A stretch of 64,000 nucleotides of DNA from Lytechinus pictus (taxonomy: Eukaryota), in contig NC_087252.1 in assembly GCF_037042905.1 (NCBI RefSeq), positions 9,612,001 through 9,676,000 of the forward strand, read 5' to 3'. Positions 53,397 through 64,000 of the stretch are shown here, one piece after another. The notes under the pieces are model-generated. The model ran no database searches and had not been told where the DNA came from. It saw only the letters and a program-made list of their open reading frames with translations. How positions within the stretch are numbered: position 1 is the first letter of the stretch; the number at the start of each line of letters is the position of its first letter. A program made the position numbers and the translations under genes.

Positions 53397-54607
53397 ATCT
53401 TACCAAGATGTAAAAAGGTCTACACCCCATTCTGTCTTCCTTTCTCTCTTGGTATCTCGTTCTTTATTATTTTCATTTTTTAATGTATTTCTATCTATGA
53501 GAGAGTTTTCATTAATCATGATTCCCATTCAGTATAATGTAATGGCGAATATATTGATTATGTTCATATCTTACAAAGATGTAAAATGTATACACCTCTG
53601 ATGTGAAAAGGTCTACACCCAATTCTGTCTCTCTTTCTGTCTCAATATCTCTTTCTTTGTGATTTTCTTTCTTTAAATGTATTCTTTTCTTTCTCTCTAT
53701 GAGAGAGTTTTCATTAATCATGATTCCCATTCAGTATAATGTAATGGCGAATATATTGATTATGTTCATATCTTACAAAGATGTAAAATGTATACACCTC
53801 TGATGTGAAAAGGTCTACACCCCATTCTGTCTCTCTTTCTGTCTCAATATCTCTTTCTTTGTGATTTTCTTTCTTTAAATGTATTCTTTTCTTTCTCTCT
53901 ATGAGAGAGTTTTCATTAATCATGTTGCCCATTCAGTATGATGTAATGGCGAATATATTGATTATGTTCATATCTTACAAAGATGTAAAATGTATACACC
54001 TCTGATGTGAAAAGGTCTACACCCCATTCTGTCTCTCTTTCTGTCTCAATATCTCTTTCTTTGTGATTTTCTTTCTTTAAATGTATTCTTTTCTTTCTCT
54101 CTATGAGAGAGTTTTCATTAATCATGTTTCCCATTCAGTATAATGTAATGGCGAATATATTGATTATGTTCATATCTTAGAAAGATGTAAAATGTATACA
54201 CCACTGATATAAAAAGGTCTACACCCAATTCTGTCTCTCTTTCTGTCTCAATATCTCTTTCTTTGTGATTTTCTTTTTTTTAATGTATTCTTTTCTTTCT
54301 CTCTATGAGAGAGTTTTCATTAATCATGTTTCCCATTCAGTATAATGTAATGGCGAATATATTGATTATGTTCATATCTTAGAAAGATGTAAAATGTATA
54401 CACCTCTGATATAAAAAGGTCTACACCCCATTCTGTCTCTCTTTCTATCTCAGTATCTCTTTCTTTGTGATTTTCTTTCTTTTAATGTATTCTTTTTATT
54501 CTATCTATGAGAGAGTTTTCATCAATCATGATTCCCATTCAGTATAATGTAATGGCGAATATATTGATGATGTTCATATCTAACAAAGATGTAAAATGTA
54601 TACACCT
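53397..54607. repeat. Tandem repeat, 202-bp unit, about 6 copies
   Basis: GAGAGAGTTTTCATTAATCATG recurs every 202 bp (near 53500, 53702, 53904, 54106, 54308, 54510). Confidence 0.95.
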
Positions 54608-55118
54608 TTCTACCGACTCTCTCTCTTGATCTTGATCTTTCAAAATAAATAGAGGTCTAATAGAATGGTCGTGACGTCGATATTGATTTCCCCTAAATAA
54701 CGTCTATAGACATCATGGAGTGTTACTGGCAATAGGTGATTGCGCATGCTCTCGTGTGACTCAGCCAAATCGTGTATGCCGTGAAAGTATCAACTGACGA
54801 GTACTTGCGTACAAGCCCAAGACAAGAGAATGGTCGTTATTAATGCTCTTCTTCCAACAAAAAGATTTAAAGAAGAAAATTCTTATATAGCATCTAGGAG
54901 TACATATACAGTATAAACAACATATTAAAGTCATATCATTAGCGGTGATCCATGGGGGGGGGGGGGGCTTGGGTTGGGGAGAAGGTCGTCTCTCCCCCTA
55001 AAAGGATATTTTAATTTTTTTTTTACTTCCGTTCATGAAAAGGCCTATTTTCAAATAAAAAAAATATGTATATAAAAAATGAACACTCTATCAGTAGTTG
55101 AGTTACGTAAACAATAGT

Positions 55119-55578
55119 GGCCCAGACTCTAAACTAGGGTTTAATCTAAACTCTGTTTTAAAGTTGTGGTTTAACTGAAGATATCTAACTCTAATAGAGC
55201 TGGGTACGGTGAGACTTAGCAGATCAACCGAATCTCGGATAATTCCGTCTGTCTGGGAATGAAAACTAATTTAGTTTATCTCGCTTTTATAGTTTGATGA
55301 AAGAGCACTGTGAACACAATAATCGTAATCTTTGTTAAAGTTTGACTTTTCGGCTTCCCATAATTTTAGTACTGGGTCCCGCAACACAAAGATTAGCGAT
55401 TAATCGCAAAATCAAATGGCCTATCAAGATCATCGTTGCATGCGCATTTAGCTCAGTATACTAAACTAGGAACCAATCAGAATTGCTCTTTCAAATTAGC
55501 GATTAATCGTTAACCTTTGTGTTACGGGGCCCAGACTAGACCATGACGTAGATTAAACCGGACTTCGGAATACGAAGC
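55119..55578. mobile_element. Degraded MITE carrying a nested Harbinger-like MITE (55375-55531)
   Basis: Outer imperfect inverted ends (GGTTTAATCTA / TAGATTAAACC). Inner TIR GGTCCCGCAACACAAAG...CTTTGTGTTACGGGGCC. Confidence 0.55.
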
Positions 55579-58500
55579 AGGCTATATACAGATATTACAA
55601 TCATAGAGAAAACGCAAACCTCAGAGAAGAATGGAGGAAAAAAAGTTGAACGCAGGAGTGAATGTTTAAATCGAGAAATCACAATGGTTATTTCGAGGCG
55701 ACCTATATACCGAGCGAAGGGAGGGTGATTAGAAGTATCCCTAGTTTAATTTTAGAACTGCCAATTAATAAAATTCTTGACTTGAAAATAGAATGAAAAT
55801 AAATAAAGAATATGATTTTTCCACCTTTAATTTTGGCAGCTCTATAATTGTGATTCCATGCAGAATACAGCTAACAAAATACATGTGATGTGTTTCGTAT
55901 TACAGACAATTTTATATTGATCATGTTCATTTCTCTCCCCGAATTCAAATCATTTTCAGAATAGAGACCGAGCTAATCAACATAATTAGAAATGAATGGG
56001 ACTGTAGAACGTCGGGGCTGTTCCCCGCCGATTCCTTCATTCTCTTTTTGATAAAATGTTTCTGTTTTTTTCCGAACCGCATATCGTAAATTAACCCAAT
56101 TATGACTTGTACATTGTCCGATATCAAATATTCCTTGCTCCTATTTGCGATGTAATATCCTTACATATTGTTAGCCGCGGCTCATAATATGACCAAACGT
56201 ATTTTTACGATATGATAGCCACAGCAAAATCAACCCGAACCTATTTGCTACACCATACAATTTTTTTCTAATACGTTCCGCTATGCATCCGATGAAAAAC
56301 ATAAATCTTTTACGTGATATTACTTTCATAATTATGTGATAATTAGAATAGCTATTAACTTTTCTCTATACAATTCACTCCAATTAAACAAGGCATAGAT
56401 GAACATGTCTTATTAAAGTGGTGTAATTGATGAGCTTCATATATCTTTTTTTTCATTTTATTACTTTTGCAGACCAAATTTCTTTTTTTTTCTTCTTTAA
56501 CAAAGAACCCTGTCTTTCACTCTTTTTTTCATTTTTGGGTGGCAGGTCACATCTGATATATCATTGCGCAGTCACCAACTCGTAGAAGAAAATAGAAATG
56601 AGTGGGGAAATAGAAAGAAATTGTATGAAGATTTTCCTTGGTGGAACTTCTAAGCTGGGTTTATCATGGTCGGAATGGTCAGACAATAGGTAAATATAGG
56701 ATTAGCGAATGAGCCGTCAATAAATTCTAATATTTTTTTCAGGAATAGGTACTGGGAATAACAATTTTTTTCATCCGGGAATTAATTTCTTGTCAGTTGT
56801 AAGGTTTCATCCTTTCGTGGCTTTTTCTTTTCTTTCCTTTATTCATTTAGTTATCAATGAATTTATGAATTTACTGTTTTTATTCATTTATTTTTTCGAT
56901 TTATATATTATATCAATTTATTCATTCATTTGTAGAATTAATTAATTAATCAATGAATTAACTAATTGAATAATTAATTAATTGATTAATCAATTATTTT
57001 TTTCGGGAAGGGGGATGGGTGGAGAGGAGTTTTGTTATGTGCTGAAAACTAGGGCATTAACAAAATGGTGACCTTACCGGGAAAGGGGGGGGGGGGGGTA
57101 ACATTATTGTGCTTTATTGTATTAAAAAGCCGTGCTGAATTTATCAAGCCAGTGCATCCGGTATGCACGAGACCACGTGACTCTGTTTTTCTGACACAAT
57201 TACAATCGATAGCAAGAATGATGGTAGTGTAAACACATACGAAATTCATCATACGCCAAACTGTAAACACCATATCATTCATCCCCCTTTATGTTATACT
57301 TGCACTCGAACACGTTCTGTTTGCCAAAAGTCCGCCTCATCTTCCGAGTCGTCCATGATTGTGCATAATTCATTTATATTTGACATGTAAGATCCGATTT
57401 ACATGTACATGCTCCATTTCATAATGATCATGAGTTAGCTAGATTAAAGGTTTAATATTTGTCTCCCCTGATATCCACGCATGCGTCTTAATTCATGCAC
57501 GCAAAGAAGGTATATATATTTTATTCACAATCTCTAATCTCTTGCTCGGTCAAGGAAACGCGTGGTTAGTCTGGTGGCGAGCAGTAAAAACAAAAAAGTA
57601 AATCGGGAGGGTACGGAGGGAGAATGAATATTGCATTTTTTACATTTCAAAAGAAAAAAAAGATCTACACGCAATAGTTTCTATCATAATCATCAATATG
57701 ATTATTTTCTTTATTAATTCTATTGCTTTTTGTTAATATTATTATTTCATATTGATTCATTTCCGTTTTCCACATATAACGTTTATTATTCCTTATCACA
57801 TTATTCCTGCTCTCCTTACTTTGTTTCTCTTCTTTCTACTTTTCCCACTTGAAAAAGGGCGATTAGCCCCACCCCCTTCCTATGTAGCTACCGTCGTAGG
57901 AGTCTTCATTTTACCATTGTTTCTTCCATCACCATCCATCCCTTTTAATCCATTAAAAATGCACAGAATAAATATTATCATTATAATAATTGACAGGGAG
58001 ACTTTCATTTCGATTGGCGGCTACCGTAATGACAGAGCTAAAATTGTAAGTGCTTTATAACATGCTACCCTGGTGGGTTTAAGAACGACTGGTGATCATT
58101 TCTTACGCGCAAAACCCTCGCTAATGAATGTTTTTGTATATACCATTTACCACAAGAAAGGACCACCAGTCGTTCTTAAAGTCGCCCTTCACTTAAGAAC
58201 ACCTTTATGAAACGGACCCCTGGAAACTATTTATGTTATGTTACAGTCTGACCAACAATGGTATGTAATTGGTAAAAAAAGTAATGATTTTGGGTCGTTC
58301 TGGAAATTGTGTATTTCCCATCGTCCTATCAAACGGCATCCCCCTAACTATTATCTATCATACAAAAGCGAAGAATAGACAAGCTTATGTTATGTTCGGG
58401 GGGTAGTTAAAACAACCTCGTTTACAACATTATTTTGTACACGAATTCAATTGAGATTTCAGGTGATAAAAAGGGGGCATTGTCCGTTTATATTTAAACA

Positions 58501-59343
58501 AAGCATTTCGTCTACACCATCCTCTCTCTACCACTATGCTCATTATCTCGTTACTACCATGGCAACGATGAGAAGATGCTCTCCATCGTCTCATCGCAAG
58601 CCGTTTAACGACCAAGCTATCCGTTAAATCTCAGCAGATTAAATGCCTCTTGTGAGACAATGATATACTATGAGAGGAGGGATGAACTCATATAATCGAG
58701 TTGAGGTAGGGAGTTGAGACCTGGGAGCCTGATGCTACAGAGAATGCTTAATTCAAACGCAACACCAAAATCAAGTGAAGAAATATTCCAATCCGATTGG
58801 CTGCAGAATAAGTTTTGCCAAATGATTGGGTCTTCATCAAGATAAGATAAGAACATATCACGATACCAACAGTAATTCGTGTAAAGCCCTCCGCAGTCTA
58901 TACGATCCGATGCTATCGGATTTTTTTTCTAAACAAATCGCATTTTACGTTTAATATGAAAGTTACACTAGGTAAAATCGTCTATGGAAGTTCAAAGGAA
59001 CGCTGTGAATATCAAATTCAAATTTCTGCTTCACTGCAAGCTTTATGTTGGAGTTTAAATCAAATCAGCTTAAAATCGTTGCCGATGGAAAGGCTGGATA
59101 TGACGTCACTACGATTTAGAATCGAATTTGCTTTTATCCCTACACAGAGGCTGACAACAGACTGAAATTAAAATTTGTATCGACTGTGAAATCTTATTAA
59201 CTGCGTGAAATCCAGAAATTGTACACCCCAAATTAGGAACTTTAATCCTTACAATTTTAGGCATAAATGCTCGATCAAGAGAGAGGTAGATAGATAAAGA
59301 AAGAGCGAGAGAGAGAAAGAGTCAGAAAAGAGTTGTAGACCTA

Positions 59344-59613
59344 GGCCCCGTCTTACAGAGAGTTACAATTGATCCAATTCATTGTAACTCTATGGAAATC
59401 CATTAGTGTCATAATTTTTTCTGCAGGAAATTTGCAAAATGTCCTTTGTGAACAAAGGAAAACACATCAAATTGTCAAGAAATCAATTAATTTACAGATA
59501 TGCATTCATATCTATAAACAATTTTGAACAAACATGCATTTTATATGTTGACTTTGCTGGCTTTCCATTGTTGCGATTGATCGGATTAATCGTAAGTCTT
59601 TGTAAGACGGGCC
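59344..59613. mobile_element. PIF/Harbinger-like MITE
   Basis: TIR GGCCCCGTCTTACAGAGAG...CTTTGTAAGACGGGCC. Confidence 0.75.
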
Positions 59614-59740
59614 TCTGGGGTGGTATTCTGAGATCCATTTTATCTCAGATAAAATAAAATATTTTATCTCCGTTAAAATCAGTGAGATAAAATACCATTA
59701 AAATCTCTGCGAATTGGTATTCTGAGAACAATTTTATCTT

Positions 59741-61405
59741 TCAATTCAATTCAATTCAAGGTTTATTAAAAACATGAGTCGCAGCCAAATGGCTGAATTG
59801 GCCGTGTATACAAAGTAAAACCATTAAAAGACTCATTACATATTTCAAAAATTAAAAAGCAGTTACCTTTGTAAAAACTGACATGAGAAATATGTGTATA
59901 GGCAAGAATACTTAGGCAATGAAAATTTATATACATGTACATAAGATAACGAGGAAAAGGTAAATTAAGAATAATAAAACAAAATAAGTAAGCTGTAAAA
60001 GACTAATAAAAATATATGGATATTAGATAAAAGAGTTGATTTCCTCATTCATGAAAAAACTTGATATTGCAAGTAGACTGGTATTGCTTTCAAATGAGCA
60101 ATGGGTTTATTGATTGGGCATGTCTTTATTCAGGAGATCTATGAAATATGGTATGGGGCTATTGCGAAATCGATTTGTCTTACATTTGTATTGCTGATAT
60201 CTAGGAGTATGTCGGAGATTGATGGTTAAGTTCTTTGGAGGAGGTAACCAGGTACTGAATGTTGAATGTTTGGTTAAAGACATTGCGAAATCCAGGCTGA
60301 GTTTCTCCCTTCTGTATTCCAGAGTAGGAATTTCACATGATAGGCAAGCACTGGCATAATCTGTGTAGTTTGGGCCCAACATGATTCTACAAGCTCTTTT
60401 TTGAATTTGCTCTAAACTTCTTACATGTTTCTTTGTAAGCCCACCATTAAAAACTGGAGTGCAATATTCCATAACAGGACTAATGTAGCCCATGTATACC
60501 AATTTCAGATCCGGTAGAGACAGCCCATATCGCTTCAAAAGCCTAAACATGTACAACTTCCTGTTACATTTTTTGATGATTTCCATGATATATAGGTCCC
60601 ATTTTAGATTAGATTGGACGATTACACCGATAATTCTAACAGATTGAAGTTTTTGTAGAGGTAAGTTATCAATATAAAAGCTTGGCTCAGCAGGAGGATA
60701 TTTGGAGAATGTCACAGTTAGTGAAGAACATTTTGAAGGGTTCAACTTCATGTGGTTTAGGGAGGACCACTGATCCAGATTGTATAATGTAGATTGTAAG
60801 TCAGAAGGATAATTTTCTTTACGACATTCCAACAATGTAAGATCGTCTACATATTTATAGCAATCGACTGATGTGTTTTCACAAGCATCATTAATAATAA
60901 TCGGGAAGAGGATAGGACCTAATTTAGTCCCTTGGGGCACGCCATCATGACTGGGTAAGTAATTAGACAAAGTGCCTTGATATTTTACACATTGTTGATG
61001 ATTTTCCAAAAAACTTATAATCCATTTAATGATACAAGGTCGTACATTGAGTTTGATCAACTTCCTAACGAGGATGTTATGATCCAGCCTATCAAAAGCC
61101 TTTGTGAAATCAGTACACACAACCGTAGATAGACTCTTGCTCTTTTCGCCATTCTCATACATTTTGTGGAGCAAACTCACAAGATAATGAGTGGCCGAAA
61201 AACCAGAGCGGTTTCCGAATTGTCGTGAGTCAATTTTGTCAGTGATATCTTTAAAAAGCCATTTGGCTATAAAAGATTCTGCAATTTTAGCAAATTGACT
61301 TGTTAATGCGATTGGTCTGAGATTGTTAATGGTTGCCGGTAATGATTTCAGAATTGGGGTTATTTGAGCTTCTTTCCATTGTTGTGTACTATTCCCGTTT
61401 GGAAT
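59741..61405 (-). mobile_element. 5'-truncated non-LTR retrotransposon (CR1-group RT), second family
   Basis: RT frame plus 3' UTR ending in AATAAA and a (TTGAA)n tail (TCAAT repeats at 59741-59759 on +). The 5' junction is approximate. Confidence 0.88.
60107..61385 (-). pseudogene. Truncated LINE reverse transcriptase frame
   Basis: The frame stays open upstream of the listed ORF (QQWKEAQITPILK...LRPIALTS...QFGNR), then DFTKAFD, GVPQGTKLGP and YVDD. No endonuclease domain. Confidence 0.88.
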
Positions 61406-62219
61406 GATAGGTTGATTAAATCAGTTTATCTCGGTAAGACACACCTACCTTTTTAATCAATATCCAATTAGAAACGCGCTTTTATAGCTCTCTCATGTCA
61501 CTCAACCAATGGAAATCCATTCCGCCAGGAGGCGTGGCAAAGGAGTGAGATTGCGTCAATTTATTTACTTCAAATACGCTTACCCTATACGCTTGCGCAT
61601 CTTTACAGAGATTTCTTTTTAACAAAAATGACAATACTCTCATCTTTTTTCGAAGTCTATATCGCATCTTTTCATGCGTCATTTCAAAGACAATATTAGT
61701 CAAGAAAAGTCTTATGAAATACTTTCTGATTGTACAGGAATAACGTTAAGATGTTATTCTCAATAAAAATGTAATTTTTCTTCATTTTCATGTCAACAAT
61801 TGGGGTTAATTCACCTATAAATATTGGTGAAATCAACGTCGCGGAGATAAAATAGCCCCTACCCTCTTTTAAGTTTATTTTATTTTTTCTTCAAAGTAAC
61901 ATGGGCGCAAGCGGTTAAGCACAATCATCCGCGTTGCAATGGCCAGATACGCGATGGGTATGCCTACGCAGGCACTGTTCTGTTGCGTTGCATATTTAGA
62001 TACGCAAGATAAAATTTATACGCAAGATAAAATGTCATCTCAGAATACCAATTTCATTTTAAGAGATAAAATAAAATATTTTAAAGATAAAATGACCTCA
62101 GAATACCGCCCCTGATATATATATAAAAAATCCATGTTCTATTGTTCGAAATAAAAATCTGAACTGAAAATTCTCCGAAAATTTATTTTGCCCAAATGAT
62201 AATGGACCCATCAGACACT

Positions 62220-63273
62220 GTACTGTGCAGCGCCGGAGTTACGTTGCTCTATCCCTTAAAGAAGAAAGAAATATACTGATTTTGAACATAAATTATGGCC
62301 TTATTATATATCGATGGAAAGATAATGATTTGGGAATTATTTTTGGGCCATTTGAAAATAACGAAAATAATACACAAGATGGATATCGCCAATTAAAAAG
62401 CACTTAAACACCTCTCCGAAATATGACTCGCATCGGTCTCTGAATTGACTCGAATTTGATGACGTGTATGAGAGTACCAGAGACGTGATTGGCTCTCCCA
62501 TATCAAGCTCCACTTGCGTGCAAAACCTATTGCGATTGCTAGTGAACGTGCGATTTCTCCACACTGTCACCGAGTAGCTCGATCATGACATGGAAGAAAA
62601 CCTTGAAGATATATCTAGATTTGGATTTCGAAACAAATGTTGTTGACGAAAAGGATATTGATGATGAAGATTCTAGCTCTAGTGGACAGCAAAGCGACAT
62701 GGAAGAAGGAAAATTAGGGGATAGCGCCGGTGATGGAGAGAGGAACGAAGCCCTGTCGCATCTAGTCAACTCACATTAATTTGGAGGGTTTTCTTCCATT
62801 TCATAATCGAACTACTCAGTGACAGTGTGGAGAAATCACACGTTCACTAGCATTCGCAGTAGGTTTTGCACGCAAGTGGAGCTTGATATGGGAGAGCCAA
62901 TCACGTACATCTCTGGTACCATCATACACGTCATCAAAATCGAGTCGATTCAGAGACTGATGCGAGGCCATGCGAGGCATATTTCGGAGACGCATTTTAG
63001 CGCTTTTTAATTGGCGATTTCCATCTTGTGTATTATTTTCGTTATTTTCAAATGGCCTATAATGATAATCCCCAAATTATTACCTTTCCATTGATATATG
63101 ATAGGGCATATGTTCATAATCAGTATATTTCTCCTTTAAATCGTTGCACACCAGGCAGGGTAGCAGCTAATCCAATCTTTTAACGCCTTTTTGTTTTGAC
63201 GTGACGGGGGCTTGAACCTCCAATATCCCGGTTGTGAGTCGGACACCCTATACCGACTGAGCCAACACACTGG
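62220..63273 (-). mobile_element. tRNA-derived SINE split by the 62260-63135 element
   Basis: The rc head has A box TGGCTCAGTCGG and B box GGTTCAAGCCC. The body appears to resume after the TTAA (GGGATAGAGCAACG...). Confidence 0.65.
62260..63135. mobile_element. Kolobok-like element with TIRs of about 340 bp, inserted in a SINE
   Basis: TTAA flanks. 62260-62605 is the imperfect reverse complement of about 62785-63135. Confidence 0.85.
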
Positions 63274-63776
63274 TATAATACAAGTAAGATATTAATATAC
63301 GTAATAGATTCTCCAATGCATGACACCCAATGAAAATCATGAATGATAAAAACTTTGTCATGGAAAAAACATCAGATGAAAGATAGAGGGAGAGAGAGAC
63401 AGAAGGAGAGAGAGAGAGAGAGGGGGGTAGATATTTTACATCTTAGCAAGATGTGAACTTATATTATTGAATGGAAGTCAAGGTTGAATGGAAATTAAGA
63501 GAGAGATAGAGAGGGAGAGAGAGAAATAAATCTCTACGACAAAATGACTTTTGTAGATAGAGATGACCACGGAATGATTATCAACCCGCCTAATTTCCGC
63601 GATATTATGAAATGATCGAAATTGACATACTTTTAAGGCCCACTATACACACAACTCCCAGCGAGCCAATCATGCAAACGAGTTTCATCCATTTCATCAA
63701 TTAGATTGGTTACTTGTTAGAGCCGGTGTGCGAGGCCACGGGGAGGTTGTTATCATAAACGAAGGAACCCCTTTTT

Positions 63777-63959
63777 TATACATCGGTCACATTTGCTATA
63801 CGGCGGCCGTACGGCGAGTCGAAAACAGCCGTTTTATTCGTTGTTATTCAAACCACTTATTTGTGATAGGTCCATGTTTGTAGCTGGTACAAAAAATGTT
63901 AAAAAGGCTATTTTCGACTGGCCGTACAGCCGCCGTAGAGCAAATGTGACCGAGGTATT
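63777..63959. mobile_element. Palindromic MITE (family of 12345-12499)
   Basis: TIR TCGGTCACATTTGCT..ACGGCGGCCGTACGGC.AGTCGAAAA. Confidence 0.8.
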
Positions 63960-64000
63960 AATCGCTGCACGGCGGGCGTCATCATTGATGAAGGGCTTGC

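Larger units (their letters stand above)
59618..62111. mobile_element. PIF/Harbinger-like non-autonomous element interrupted by the LINE at 59741-61405
   Basis: TIR GGGTGGTATTCTGAG...CTCAGAATACCGCCC, subterminal GATAAAAT repeats, 3-bp TSD CTG. Confidence 0.8.

Noticed and set aside
53512..54134. Three near-identical 72-aa ORFs suggesting a tandem gene family
   Set aside because: By-product of the 202-bp tandem repeat, with no coding signature.

Overview
AT-rich, intron-containing animal genomic DNA. The repeat repertoire (tRNA-SINEs, CR1/L2-group LINEs, many MITEs, TU-like foldbacks) and the GPCR type suggest an echinoderm, probably a sea urchin; this is inference. Two host genes are supported. 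The first is a two-exon + strand rhodopsin-class GPCR (2631-3196 joined to 5106-6108, 522 aa) with altered signalling motifs and a very long Ser/Pro-rich third intracellular loop. The second is a convergent - strand membrane-protein gene, of which the last two coding exons are visible (19113-18891 and 13964-13367). Most of the rest is transposon-derived or simple repeat. The most striking structure is a 6974-bp foldback element (25222-32195) with about 400-bp TIRs built of 15-bp tandem units and a perfect 8-bp target-site duplication (GAAACAAT). It has no visible transposase and carries a nested 5'-truncated LINE with an uninterrupted endonuclease-RT ORF. There are no CRISPR arrays, rRNA genes or convincing tRNA genes, and most short ORFs in the track are artefacts of repeats or non-ATG starts. 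Superfamily calls for MITEs rest on termini and TSD only.
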